A stretch of DNA of 64,000 bases from Nageia nagi (Eukaryota > Plantae > Pinophyta), in NCBI GenBank assembly GCA_050084985.1, contig JBITNC010000001.1:49290001-49354000 (forward strand), given 5' to 3'. Shown in pieces: positions 1 to 15,100 of the stretch. Positions within the stretch are counted from its first letter, which is position 1. Every line of letters starts with the position of its first letter. Below the pieces are notes generated by a model, which was not told the origin of the DNA, ran no database searches, and worked only from the letters and a program-made list of their open reading frames with translations. The position numbers were made by a program, and so were the translations under genes.

Positions 1-92
1 TGTTAGGAGTCACCATCCAGATGATTGTGAATATATTTATAACTGCTCACCTTATAGAACAACAATGAAAGAAAAATCCTAAAAATTCTCAC

Positions 93-179
93 ATTCTTTG
101 TCTCGTAGGAGTACCCTTTAAAATGGTAAACATGAATAATGCAGTCCTTAGGGCCTTTATTTCTCTCGTCTTCAGGAAT
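93..179 (-). CDS. UBP12: UBP12-like exon IPEDERNKGPKDCIIHVYHFKGYSYETKN
   Basis: CAG acceptor, GTGAGA donor, 87 nt; matches UBP12 IPEEEKNLGPHDRLIHVYHF. Confidence 0.9.
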
Positions 180-3100
180 CTGATAAATACATCCATCTCT
201 TAAAACTTTAATGAAAGCACAAATTGTGCCATGCAGTTTTCTCTATAAGTCATTAAAAGGAAACAATTTTCTTTGTCAAACATCCATAATGTCAGGAAGT
301 CTAAAAAATTTGAAAGCACACTTGAAAAACACACCTCTTCTGCTCTGTATGTGAAATGTTCGGATACAATGTACTTCAGTTTTTCATTAGGACAAAGTAC
401 CTATGAAAAACAAGTCATTTCTGTCATGCAAAAACAACGAAAGGTGGAATGCCAAAAATAACAGAGATATAAAAATAAAGGTAGCTGTAAAGCCAAAGAA
501 TACAGAGAGAAAATATTACCTTGCATATTCTGTGACCAGCAATCTGCAAAATTCTGAGCTCTGCCTGTTGATCAGACATCTCCACCTTTAAAGAAACAAA
601 ATAAATAAATTAAGAATAACACAGAACAAGGTTATTTTAGCTACAGACAGGAATAACAGAATGACACAGGACAGGAAAGAAAATAACTAGTATTGTTGTA
701 CATCATGAGGCCACACAACATAAGGTTACAAGAGCTTAAGCTGAATGGATGTGAGATAAGACAGTGTCAGCAGCCACAGACATGTCAAATTTTGTCGTAG
801 GAAATTGGTGTACCATCTTTGGGACTAAGAAAACAGTGCATGAAAAATCTCTGGAAGCAATGAAAAATAACTTTCTCAGCAGAAAGGTCATAAAAGTAGG
901 AGTTTGAATATATTGCTAGCTACTTGTAGAAGATACAGTAATAAGAATATTAGAGGCTATTGACAGATACTGGAAGTTTAAAAATACAGAAAATATTCGA
1001 TTTTTGTCTTCAAGTTTCTGTTCATGTTCACAATGGATGTAAAATCTAATTGCTAATGTCTCCATTTTGCGTTTTTATGATTATGCATATTTGTGTATGT
1101 GAAGCATGGAATTTGTGTATCTTAGGTGGTGTGGAAGTATTCTATGTGGAGTTAGACAAATAAAAGAATAAAAAATATAATAAAAGGGGATATAAGGGTA
1201 ATGTGTCAAAAGATATAATATTAGTTATCACATCTTTTATTTGTAAAATAAAGTTTTATGCATTTATGGATGCCTAGGGATTTGTCAATGCAAAATTAGA
1301 ACATGAGGCTATATAAGGAAGCTTGGCATCTCATTTTTGTTATGTTATGTTATATGTGTTGATTGTAATTGAGGATCCAAGTGATTCTTGTGGAGAAAAG
1401 GCTGATCCTTGCTCATTCTTTCTGAAGATTGGTGATGATCCCTCTCTTCAGGAAGCCCTAATTAGATAGACAAGTGATGGCCCTTGCTATTTGATTTGAT
1501 CTAAGGGTTGATCCCTTAGTTTTGAGGGGGAAATCTACCTAGGGTTTTCTACAAAGCTTCAATGGAATTAGCAGCTAGGGTCTCAGTGTTTGAGTGCAGT
1601 GTGGTTTGGTCATTTTCAGTGTTTGGCAGTGTGGGAGAGTCAATGGATAGCAGCATGGTATTTGTGGCATTATAGTTCAGCAGTGTTTTGGTGTATTCAG
1701 CTCATCTTCAGCTTTGTAATTGCAATTATATATCCAGTGAGTTATTTTATTATCAATTTCAAATGTGTTGATGTATTTGTCTCGCATGTTGTAGAAATAA
1801 TATAAAAATTGCACTATTTGGTGTTATTCGAAATCTTGGGCAATTTTATATTTATAGATCAGAATTTCATTATTTTGTTTGCAAAGAAAATTCTAAATTT
1901 TGGCTAGGGTTTGATAAATATTAGAAAAGGGATATTAAAAGTGGTATCAGAGCTTAGATTTTGTCATCTTGTGAAATCCATCAGATCTAATAGATCTACA
2001 ACTATTTTGAGCAGATCTAGTAGATCTACAAGAGTTTTGAGTAGATCCACCAGATCTAGCATTTTTGTAAGCAAATCCAATAGATCCGGCTATATTTTGA
2101 GTCAAAGTTTGTTACAGAAAATTCAGATTTTCAGTTTCTAGCTTCTGGGTATTAGAGATTTTTGGGTGATCCAGTACATCAAGGGGTATTGCACTTAGAA
2201 AGCAATTTTCGAGGTCACAAAGACATTTTTTTGAGAAAATATGCATTCCTAAACTAGGTCGTCTAAGCTTGGGAGATAAAATTTTCAGGTTTAAAGGCCA
2301 TTTTTGGGCACAAAAAGTCTTGATCTATCATCCTGGCAGTCAAAAAATTTGATATGAAGATTTCAAGTAAAATTGAGATTTCTAGTAAAATTGTCTGAGG
2401 AATTTCTGCAAATCCAATATTGTACAAGTTTTGAATACCCATTTGGTTGATTTGGACATTAAGAGTTTTGGGTATTATTGATCCATTGGTATTTTGCATA
2501 GATCTAACCATGTCTTGAGTGGATCTGGTATTTTTCATAGTTTTGAGCAAGGGTTTTGAAGATCATGGCACCATTGGAAGGAAAAGAGTTGGTTGAGAGG
2601 CTCTCTAATGCAAGAAATAAACTTAGACCTATATTTCAATCAAAAGATATTTTCTTTCGCACTTTTGGGGAGATAGAAGATTGTTTGCAAATGATAGATC
2701 AGCCACAAGTAGTTATAAATCCATTGGTGAAGGCCTTGGGCAAGTCTAGATGATTGAAACATACAAATATGCAAGTAAGAATCATGGTTACTTCTTGTTT
2801 GAGCAGAGTTTTAAGAATTTTTGCACCTAAAGCTCCTTATAATGATGTCACATTGAGAACAATATGTCAATTATTGGTTGATAGTTTTGAAGGTTTGAAG
2901 GATATTACATGTTCTCATTTCTCTAGGAGGGTTGTCATACTTGAAACATTTGCAAAAACTAAAATGAGTTGCATTTTGATAGACTTGGACACGGATGAGT
3001 TGGTTTATGAAATGTTTCATCATTACATTGCTTCGGCTAGAGAGGACGATGCTAATAATGTCATTGAAGCCATGAGAGATATTATGATTCTAATCATTAA

Positions 3101-6100
3101 TGAAAGTGACAAAATTCCTCAACCACTTGGAACTATGTTAGGGGCCGTTTGGAGGCAATATTTGGTTGATTCACCTGTTGCTCATGTTTTGGTTGACAGT
3201 GTTGTGAAAAGATGTGAGAAGGAGTTGAGACCTTTTTTGGACAGCAAAGAGGGTGGAAAAGAAGAGGAAATCAAATCAGAAATTTGTGATTCTACATCAC
3301 ATGTGGTATGTATGGCAAAATCCCAAAATGTTTCTTATGAAAATTATGACAATGATGGGATTTCTATGACTATTGAATCCTTCGATGGCACTAGTAAAAT
3401 TGATGCAAGTAATGACATGGTTGAGATCACTAATGCACTTTCAAAAGAAGAGTATGTTGGAGTACCCAAATCAAAAAAATGCCTAGCAATGAAAATTTTG
3501 AAGGAGAAGCACTTGAGTTTTGGGACAGCCATTGAGGCACTGCTCAAAGGTATGAAGTAAATTCTGATTTTTATGATAGCGGTTCATTAATTTGGCATAG
3601 CTATGTTATTCATGAGGAAAATGAGGAACAAGCAATGCCTAAATTGAAAGAGTTTGGTCTAGACTCCCAAACCGAACGGAGAAGAGTTTTCATGATGAGT
3701 TCAGTATTGGGGATTTGGAGAGTGAGGTATTCAGAAAAACAATCACTCATGAGAAGCACAAGGCACATATTTTTCTTGAACAAAACAACCAACACTTCAA
3801 ACCTTGGGATCCAGATGTGTTTCCACCAAAATATGATGAACTTGAAGCTGATTTTGAGGAATCTTCTGATTCAGCTATAGACTCATGTGAAGGTATTTTT
3901 CATACCGCATCTTTGCCTTCCTCAGGTTTTAAAAATCAAGTGGAAAGCCTTCTGCTTGGTGTCCATGTTAAAACTGTGATTGCATCTGAGCCATGCACGA
4001 AGAATTGTTCAGTTTTCAGCACTTTAACTGTTGGTTGAATTCTTTGTAATGGATTAGTACTTTTGAATTACGAAGCCCAACAAGAGGAATTCGATATAAA
4101 GGCGAGATTGGGTGGTTTTTGTGTAATATTTGCATTTGAAGATCTCAATCATAATCATCTAGTTGATCCAAACTGTAGCTCCACATTCAAGCATAGGACT
4201 ACCAAAGGATTAGATAACTCAAAGGTTAGTTTGATTCCCAACAATGTTTTGGTTTATCATCTTTTCTACAAAATTGTACTATTTGTCTTCCATGTTGCAG
4301 AAATGAGTTATTTTATTATCAATTTCAAATGTGTTAATGTATTTGTCTCCCATGTTGTAGAAATAATATAAAAATTGCAATATTTGGTGTTATTGGAAAT
4401 CTTGGGCAATTTTACATTTATATATCAGAATTTCATTATTTTGTTTGCAAAGAAAATTTTGCATTTTGGATAGGATTTGATAAATATTATAAAAGGGATA
4501 TTAAATGGATAAAAAAAGACAAATTTATGACTTACCAAAGCATGCGCTTAGCTTGAGGGTGAAGATGTGACCAAGATATGATCTTGAAGGCACCCAAATC
4601 AGGTCAAAAAGACAAAAGCAAGAAAGCGCATGACAACAAAAGTCATAATCAAGACTTTTGAAAGCATGTGCGTGGCTTAGAAGGGCTCCTAAACAAACAT
4701 GAGGGTGAAAATATGACTCTCTGGAGCATGTACTTAACTGGGATGGCATCCCAAGAGACTTCAAAGAGAAAAAATGGCTAAATCCTAACCCCAAAACATC
4801 AAGATCAATCCAAAAGAGGCATTAAGGAGGTGAGTGCATGCCAGAAAAAGACATAATCATGACTTTCTAAAGCATGTGCCTAAGATGAAGCGCCCTCCTA
4901 ATGGCTTGAACATGAAAATTTGACTAAGGCATGAGGAAAAGAGTATCAAAACTAGCCCGAGATCACATCAAGAGGGAAGCACATGACAAAGAAAGTCATA
5001 AATATGACTTTCTGGGGCATGCGTTAAAGGCAAGAGAGCTTCAAGAAGGTGTTAAAGTGCAAAAGTGACTAAGTGTCGGACTTGAAACTCCATGATTAAA
5101 CCCAAAACAGCCTAGATCATCAAGCACATGCCTCCAAAAGACCAAATCTTGTCTTCCAAAAGCCTATGCTCAAAAGGGAGAGATACTTGGGTCAGGCGCA
5201 TGATTTCAAAAGTCATAATTGTTACTTTTTGAGACATGAGCTCAAGAGAAGACATCATAATTAGACACATGACTTAAAGAGGAGAATTTCGGTCTACAGG
5301 TGCTAGCCACACACATCCCTAGGTTGGCTATCACATTTAATGCACATCTTTCTAGGCCAATCCTAGCCAACCAAGAGCAAATGAAACCCTAATTTTGCCT
5401 ATAAAAGAGGAGTCCACCTTCATTTTTACATTTTAAAGGGAAGAAGGTTGATATAGAGGAGGTGGTGACTACCAATGGTGCCTCATTAAAGAAGAAGTTC
5501 AGCATTGACCTAGCAACTATGATTAGATCATCACATGAACATCCTAGCCCAAGAGTGAAAGACAAGTCCACATAGATTCACTATGTAAGAAAATTCATCT
5601 TTAAGGTCAATAACATGTCAATCACCAAGGTCTTTTTGAACAAGGATCCTAAGAAATCTCAAGAATTGGAAGCCTATACCCAAAAGGTGGAGATAGGCAA
5701 GATCAAGGCCATAGGAGCAAAACGGATGAAAGAAATCAGAAGGATTGCAGAAGAGATAGAGGAGACCCAATGAAAGCATATCCTTGAAGAAGAGAGTCAT
5801 ACCATTCTCAAGATAGGGTGATCACTCAAGGACAAGAAAGAGCCATTTGTTTGGAAGCATCATATGATATGCATTTCAGCTAAAGTCACGAAGCAAATCA
5901 ACCAGAACAAGGTTGTCTCTGATGTGCTTGATATGGGGATGATGAAGATCTCAAGTCATGAGAACCAACTGGATGGGGGTGCTATAATTGAGATGCAACA
6001 ATTTTAATTTCATTTTATTTTAGGATAATTTTATTTCAATTTGGATTTCCAAACATTATTCATTTTGATTGAGCCTTGTAATGGATGAGGATTTGCTCCC

Positions 6101-9100
6101 ACAAGTGTTGGACTTAATCTTGTATTGCCATGTAGCATGTTTCATCACTAGTAATTAGGTTTTATTTCAAGTAATTTCATTTAAATTTACATTAGGGTTA
6201 GGGTAACACTTAGGGTTGCCACTTAAAATTATTTATAGCCCTTGAGGGCTCATTTTTGGGGGAGGATGATCATTTTACTCAAGAGAAGCTATTTTGAACA
6301 TGCTAATATTTTTAACTCTCTTGTATGTGAATGTGAGGCACAATTAACCAAATCAAGACTTTTTTCCACTTAATGGGATTGTGAGTTTGAGCACTTGTGC
6401 TTGTTGTTTACTTGTAGTTAGTACATGACTTGTGTACATTTCTCGCAAGTGTAGGCTTGTTAGAAAGATGGTTGAATATCTTATGAAGTTGTGTAATTGC
6501 TATTTGATGAGCATTACTCACTCTTTCGTATGAAGATGAATGAATGTTGGTGAAATCTCTGCTATGTCTTTTGGTTTGATCTTCTACTCACATTGTTGAT
6601 CCTTTTGCAACATCGCCATAGGATCCTACTTGTTTACAATTTGGACTTAGCTATTTGTAGCAAGGTGGGAAAAGTGAGTGTCGTCCTTCATAATAAATTA
6701 GATAGAAAAGTGGTTCAACCCCTAGTTCATTGGTGGGCTTGTCATTGAATGTACCCCCCGTGTGCCGTCATCCCCATTCTTACACTTTTCTTTGCTTTTT
6801 TTGTTATTTTTACTTTCTTTATTATCGAAAGTCTATACTTTCAATCGGTGTAGAACAACTCTAGTGCCCACAACAAACATGGTTAACCGTTGCTACCTCT
6901 ATCCTCCCACTAAGCATGTATAGCTATTGTCATAGTCGCACAAGACCTCTCATGATGCTAGAAACCTTGGGGTAATCAATCCTTTCAAGTGGAGGTTAGT
7001 AATGCAACCTCACTCACATGTTGGATGCCCTTTCCTAGTTATCACCTAGGTGGTCTTCGTAAGTGGAAAAAAAAACATCCCAACAAGGTCCAAAGACAGA
7101 AATGCATATTATCACATTTCCCAAGAATGAAGATCAAGATGAAGCTAGTGGGAGAATTTTATTTAATTGTTGTTTATTTTATTTCAAAAAAGATATTTTT
7201 ATTTATATTATTCTAACGAGGAAGAGTTTTTGCTCTTCACCTATCAAAATGTAATTTGACTCTAATCTTAGTCAATTTCACTAGGGCTAGGGTTAGTGCA
7301 ACACCTAAATTAGGGTTTGTGCCTAACAAGAAATTATAAGTACCCCAAGGGTCATTTGCAAAAGGAGGGGTAGAATAGTGAAAGCTTGGAGGAGCACGCT
7401 TGTGAAGAGAAATGCTAAGAAAGTATTTGTCATTTTTTTGGAATATGAATGGCATGTGTTTGATTTGTTCTTATGCATGGTGTAACTTAAATACTTGTGT
7501 TCATTTCTTTTGAAAACTTAGAGTTTTAGAGAAAGATAATTGAATATCTTTTGAAGTGTTTAAGTTTATGTTCTTTCATATTTTGCATTCAAAGTGTATG
7601 TATTTTGAACATGTGCTTTCCTTATGACATTTAGAAGTTTCTTTCATTTGAGCTTGGCTTTCACATTTTCCATCTCCATCTACCATTAAGCAATCTCCAT
7701 AGGATCATAACACTTTATGCTCTTGTCTTTCTATAAGTTGAATGAAGTTGTTTGTAGGTATACTTGATTGAATGGATGAAAAACCTTAAGAAACCCAAGG
7801 AAGATTAGTGATTCGGACAATGCTACACTTGTGATAATATTTTCTTGTCGTTTGGAAACCAACTCTTTATTCTGTTCTCCATTTTATTTTCTTTGTTTTC
7901 CTTTTTTTTGACAACCTCATTTCTCTTTTTCAATTTGCTGCACCTTAAATCCTGACAAGAAATCAAACTTCAAGAGTCTCAGCAAGGATAGGAAGATCTC
8001 TTTGACAAGCTAGAAACATACTTCAGATGCTTATTAAAATGTGGGTAACAACTACATCTCTACTTGACTAGATTCATTCCAAGATTTTATCATAAGAACA
8101 TAGACATTATAAGATAGAAACCTTGGGGTATCAGTCCTTTCAAGTGGGGGTAAGTAACACTACCTCACCCAAATGTTGGAAATCCATTTTGCCATCTTCG
8201 ATGGTATTTTGTAAGAGGAAGGAAAAAAAGCCCAACATATGGTAGTGTCCTTTGGTGCGAAAGCACCTCTCCAACAACTAGCAGTTCAAATTTTGTCCCA
8301 TCTTTGCAACTCCTTTAGATGTGAGTGCAATTGGAGTGTATTTGAGCATATACACTCCAAAAGTCATGATAGGTTGGTCTAGAAATGATTAAATGACTTG
8401 GTCTATGTGCATTACAATCTCATGCTTTACCACAAACAAATAAATGGATCTGATCAAGATGTAATCAATTTGGATGAGATTGATACCTCTTCTAAATGGA
8501 TCATGAAACTTGAAATTGAAACTTAAGCATCAGGTGATATTTATTTTGAGGAGGATATAGAATACATTGAGAGGAAGTCAGCATGTGAAGTTGAAGCCAT
8601 GTCACAATCATCGAGGACAGCACAAACATCCACAGTAGCTTTGAAACAAAAAGGGAAAAAGAGGGCAGATCACTAATGTGTTTGTAAAAAACATTTTGAT
8701 ATATATTTTAATGGTTTTGTAGAACCGCTATGTATATGGTATTATGTCATATTTAATGCAAAAAATATGTTTTCCTATACTTAAAATTTGAATTCTTTTG
8801 CTATTCTATTTTGTGGATGATTGCTGAATAATTTACCACATTTTTTAATAAATTATCTGCTATGTATTTCGATGATGCAAACTCTATGTATTTGTCATTT
8901 TAAATTCAAAATACATGCAAAACTTTTATCTATTTTTTTTTCAAGTTTGTTTTGTTGCATCACTGATTAATCTTTTCATTGATGTAAATGATTAATTGCC
9001 ATTCTGCATTTTAAAACAATGGTATTTTGAAAATGCAATAAATTTAGTGGCTAGAATAAAAAGGAAAATCATAATTGAGAAATGGCTATGTTGAAGACAG

Positions 9101-12100
9101 ATAATTGAAAGGCATTACTATCACTTGAAAGCTAACTCATTTTAATAAAAAAATACAAAGTAATGTATTTTTGAGAATCAACGAAAAAACATTCATGAAC
9201 AATTTCAAAATATTGAATTGTCATGAAGATTTTTATATATGAAGATGCAGGGGAGGTAATGGACCAATCGAAATTGAAAGCCTAATAACTAAAATAAATT
9301 TTTTGTTGAAAGCCTGAAGTGATAGTTGAAAATGGCATCTTGAGTTGGAGGGAAAATTTCCAAATTAAGTTCTCAACTATCACAACATAAGTGTATTACA
9401 CATCAATGAATATAAAAGAAGCATTGGGCGCTGCACAAAAACAGAAAAATAATAAATTATAAAGTATTCCATTATTCAACTTTCGTTAAGAAATTTAACA
9501 ATACCTTTGCTCTAAGGTGCTTTGTGATATCATTCACAGTACTTTCACCCGGCAAGGTTATGGTATGAGAAGACACCTGAGACACAAAATGGGCATGACA
9601 TTGTTTAGGCACTACAACAAATCTAAGATACAATGATTCTACAACACAAGCGATTGCATTACCTTTTCTACATTTGAGTTGTAAAAGGAAACCTTAATGA
9701 TCTTCAGTTTTTCCAACTCAAGAAGAGGCATATCAAGTATTTCGTAGTACAAAATATCTGACATCTGCCAAGTTACATGTCTTTTATATGATCAGAAATA
9801 GAATAGGTTAAATTATCCATCCATAAAATGAATAAAATGTTTCCCACCTGATTGCAATAAGCAAGAATTTCAACAAGACTTCTCACATCCTGATATTTTA
9901 TGGGTTGTTTGCCTGGTCGTCTGGTAAAACTATTGTGTGGTGTCAATCTGATTTTAGACGAACTATCTAATGCCAAATGCTGAGCCAAAATCACAACAAC
10001 TTCATCATATGTATTTAATTTATTCCTGAACAAGGAACAAATCAGAATCATTTTACAAGACTATTCCAGTTATTCATACTATTCAAACCATAGAATAAAA
10101 ATGGAAAATAAGTCATACTCACAATTCCATGGAAAACCCATCTTCTTTTGGCTTCTCCAATTTTCGGAAATGCACAACCTATATATTCACAAAAAAGATA
10201 ATAATATACTTTGTTAATTCAATAATTTTAGCATCTTTAATACTTGAATGAAGAATGTAATATTGTTTCACAACTTCATATTTATTGTTTTGTCCAAACT
10301 ATATATTAAACATTTCAAATTTTTATCTTGATTAGCATTTAGAGCATAAGACCATGGACTTTCTATTAATCCCCTTCAACCAAAACTCATGATCTAATCA
10401 ATTTATGTATTTAAATTTCTTTCACCCTATTATGGTACCTATTGAGCCTGCATAATACATTCCAAAATTTTCGCACTTTTGAGGAACCACTTTTAGCAAA
10501 AGCAGTGGAAAAGATCATCTTAGAGACATGATATGATGTATTTTTGAAAGGCCCAGGTACTAGAAGTCTTAGAGGCATGAGATGATGTGTTTTTGAAAGG
10601 CACTAGGCAGTAGAAACTTAAAAGAAAATTGAAGGATGTCAAGATCTAGGTTGAGAACACTTTTGAAGAGAAGGGGCAAAGTCAAACTATTTGAGGGTTT
10701 TGAAGGGATCGATGCCTTCAAAATCAATTTTTAGGCCCATACCATTTTCTCTCTTGAATCTAGGCACCAAAATACACTTGTTTGGATTTCCATAGGCTTC
10801 GAAATGTGTGCCTAGCCTTTGGAGGTGGAAAAGTTGACCAAATCGAAAATTTGAAGTATTAATGTGGCTTGGAATGGTCCTTTCCATCAATCTATGAGTT
10901 CAAAGTTGGTTTTTGACAAAAATCCATTTTCCTCCTCATGTTAGGGGCTAGAAATCACCCCATTGCATTTCCATAGGCTTGGAAATGTGTACCTAGGGTT
11001 TTGGGGCACTAGAATTGCTCAAAATCAAAAATTTGAAGACCTAAAGTGCCTTAAAATGAGGTTTTTGATGCAAACAAATCATCACCTTTGAATTATGACA
11101 CAAATCCCATTTCTTTTCCCAAAGGGGTGTAAAACCCATCCTAGATGCCATTTATGCATGCTTGGTAGATATCCAAAATTTCCAAGCCTAAAACATGCCT
11201 AGAATGACATCCTCTACTAGCTTGTGCTCTCTGATTTCAAATCTAGCAATCTTTGAAAAACAACCCTATCTCCCTTAGTCTCATTCTAGACCCAAAAATC
11301 CATGCTCTGATGAAATTTCTCAGATTCTGGTTCCTTGGCTACAAAATTAGTGACTAAATACTTTGATACTCTTCAAGGTCTTCATTGCATGATCTCGATG
11401 AATTGCCCCCTGATATCATGTTTGCACTCTTCAGAATGAACTATCCATCGCCAAAAGCCAATCTCAAGGCAATGCACCTCATTGTCTTTGCAATAAATAA
11501 GGTCCCCAAAATCTTTTATTTTGGGGTGTGATGTGCGGGCACAACATTAGCAAAATAAAAACAAAATTAGTATATAAAAAGGTACACAGTGATATGCGTC
11601 ATTCATTGGTATATGAGCCAATGTCAGCATTCACTAATAGTTGCAACGATGATTTACGTTAGAGTGAGTGAACTCTCACTAGTTATTTGAATAACCATCA
11701 AGACACCTATGTTGTAGTCTAGGTTTCAGAGACATAATTGTGGTTTCAACTCACTTAGATCAAATGATGTTGTCACATCATTCCAAATGTCCTCATCTGT
11801 CTCTTCACTCTTCATAGTTAGACAGTAGCTTGAGGCTAAAGTTCCTTTTTGTACTTCATCAACAACATGAGGCTTGTTGATCGCACTGTTGTTCAAATAT
11901 CTTGTCATCTAAGACTCCAGATAATCTCTTGTTCTCATATTTGCACTGATTGGCAAGGTACCATTGTCAGTTCCTGTTTCATCAGATTATCATTAGTATC
12001 ATCCAGAGTGTCTATTCCAACTGTAATCTTTGGGTCAGAACAAATAGTTCCTGAGCTCGGTATGCTCTAATGAGGGTAGCTTATATTCAGATTTACATCG

Positions 12101-15100
12101 ATTGGTAGCGAACCAATGTCAGTTGATGATCTTGAATGCTCAAGTATCCCGATGATTTCATTAAGATCCCTAAACTAGTTATATCCGCAATTGAAAACTA
12201 AGGCAATACAAGCTATTTTATTTACATTGCTGAAAACAAAACTAAACTACTAGATCACAGATTTTTCGTTATTACCGAGATCAAAGACCTTGTTTTGGTC
12301 TACCCTAAGGTGGAACTAGGGAGTAGTTTGGCCATCATCTGACATGCCTTCGAACTGAGAAAATAACAATGAAAAGGATCTTTGACATGTCACAAAACAC
12401 ACACATGAGATATTAATCTTTGAAATATAATCTTCTCTGAACTGATATGAATCTCTGAAAGGAGCATATGAGAAGTTCTCTTTATTGGATATCTCATGCT
12501 GTAAGGGTTCATCCATTCTGGGTGCTTCATTGATTGCAACAACCAACCCATTGATAGAATCAACCAATTCATTCTAATTTTCATACATCTCAACCTCTTC
12601 TATACCGAACGATAGAAAATTTAAACACTGTGGCGTAAGAATTGTAGGAATATAACCTTGATATTCTTCGTCACTAGACTCAGGATCACTTACATCTTCT
12701 AGTTCTCTCAATGCAGAATCTTGATCTATCTTTATTGAATCTTTGTTATTTTGCAAGAATAAGAAGTCATCAATCAAGACTGCACATTCTTCAAATTCAT
12801 CTTCACATTTTGCACTAAAAGAATCATCTATTTCTAGCTCAAGATGTGTGAAATTGTTTTTCTCTTCAAACTCACCAAATTCTGAATATGAATCAAATTC
12901 ATCATAATCCTGAAAAAGCATGAAGTCATTAATTGTGGCCTCCCATTCTTCAACTTTATCTTTACGTTTTGAATTGAAAGCTTCATCTGATTTTGACTCA
13001 AGATGTGTGAAGTTGTCTTTTTCAACGTCGCCTAATTTTGAATGTGGACCAAACTTATGATCATCCTCATCATCAATCACTTACTTTTCCATTCCCATCT
13101 CGTCTTCCTGATCAAAGAAGAACTCAAAGGTAAGATCATTCTAAAGAACATCATCATGTTTGGATTTTGTTGAGCTTTGATCTTCCTTGAAAGAGTAATA
13201 ACTTCTATTATCTGATTCTTCTTCTTCTTTATCATCAAAACTCCGATGATAATTATATTCATTCATAATGTGTAACCATTCTTTGTCGAACCATATCGAA
13301 AATGCACTTGGGATATCCAATACCATAAGTTCTATGTTATGTACTAGGCATAATTTCGTAAGTTGCATTCTGACATCTCTCACTATCCCAACTATTCATG
13401 CTTTACCATCAGTAAAATCAAAATTTTCTTTGGGATATGGGGTTGGAACAAGTCCAGTCTCACAACACGCTCCATATGACATGATGTCATAATCTAAATT
13501 AGGCTACACCATGCTAGTGAGAGAGATTGTGTTTTTGCCATAGATTTCAATAGACAACGAGAATGGTTCGTATTCTTCTATCTCCTATTCTAGATCCGAT
13601 TCTTATGATGTGCCACATTTTGAATGTCCATCGATTTCTTCATTCTTCTCAAAAGAATGAGGGTTCTGATAATATGGGGCTGATTTGTTCTTTAATAACA
13701 TCATTTGTTCTAATTCCTTGAATTGGTGTAGACTCTGAAGGAGTGGAACAGAAATTGTGTTGAGGACTTTTATTCAATGATTCCTTTCTTTTCATTTCTT
13801 CCAACTAATTACTCATTTCTTATGCCATCCTTTTGAGATCTTCATATCCTTGATTCCCCACAAATCCATTATTCGGTCCCAAAGTACTTAGTATTTGTGT
13901 TTGCAACTGATGTAGTCGGTTTTAAGAATGTGGGTTGAAAATCTGGCATATTCTGAGAATCAGGGGGTATCTTCAGCATTGATAACATTTGACTTCTCAT
14001 TTGATTTTGTTCATTGTCTTGATTGTACCAGGATGATTGACTTGATGATGATTGAGAGTTATATATACATTGAGCCTACTAGTGTTGCTTACTTGGGTTT
14101 AACCAAGCATCTAGATTCAAACAAGTCGTCATGTGTCCATAACTTGCTTGAGGTCGTATATATCCAAGTGTGCTATATGGCAATCCCTGACTGCTTCCTA
14201 GAATACTTCCTTGTGACCATGGTAGTGCGGACATGATTGTTCAGTTAATGATTTGATCCTTCAACACTGAACACAAGAAGTATTTGCAAAATTACCAAAA
14301 TAATGCATCTCGAGAACTTAGAATACTTAGATAAATATTCTCTTGAATCTGTAGTGTAATTTTTGACAATCTTGATCTGAAACTACTCAGAATCTTATTT
14401 ATAGCTTTAATCGACCCTCCTTAGCTTCAGTTGCTCTCTATTTGGTGTACGCTATATATTCTTTAAATTATAGCTTTGGAGTAAGAGAGCAAAATAAAAA
14501 CAAAAACAAAAGAAAAACTAACAATTAAGTATTGCATGGTAACCAACTCAAGGTGTTAGAAAAAACGAATGGAAACTAACAATCAGGGAAGATAAAACGA
14601 TCAAACGGCCCCTCCTTCTAGCACCAATTTATGTTGGGAAGGAAATCTTTCCTCTTACTCAACGATTTTCGTGAGACAATCAAGACGAGAAAGCAAACCA
14701 ACATTTAGATAAGAACGTGTTACTGAACTCCTCTTGTAAGGACTGATATCCCAAGGTTTCTATCAGAAGGTCGTGTCATTAATACGAGCTTGAATTATGT
14801 AGGACTTGTTTGGGAATCAGCTGAGTGGTTTAGTAGAGATAGTAACTGTTAACTCGCATTTTTTATAGGGATTGAGGTGTGTTATCTTGCAATAGTTTGA
14901 AAGTTGCTATAGTTTAAAAGAAAGTGTAAAATAAAGAAAAGAAAGTGAGAATGAGGCGAAATATTGGCTAGACTTCAAAGAGGCAATCACAATGCAACAT
15001 TGTCTAAATTTTCTTTCTCTCGGATCGGTTAAGAAATCTTGTTCAATTCAATCAAGTCTTTGAAATAAATGATTGTTGTCCAATCATTCCAAAGATGAGA

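Larger units (their letters stand above)
1038..4505 (+). mobile_element. Internally deleted LTR retroelement carrying a PDS5-like ORF (5' LTR 1038-1939, PBS 1942-1953, last 202 bp of 3' LTR 4304-4505)
   Basis: TGTA start; tRNA-iMet PBS TGGTATCAGAGC; 1738-1939 directly repeated at 4304-4505; TGGA on both flanks (1034-1037 and 4506-4509) as candidate TSD. Confidence 0.82.

Noticed and set aside
2565-3560. Functional host PDS5 gene nested in the intron
   Set aside because: Intronless, has an in-frame stop, lacks the rest of PDS5 and lies between LTR sequences.
14609-14626. tRNA gene
   Set aside because: Only an 18-nt complement of a tRNA 3' end next to an LTR, i.e. a primer-binding site.
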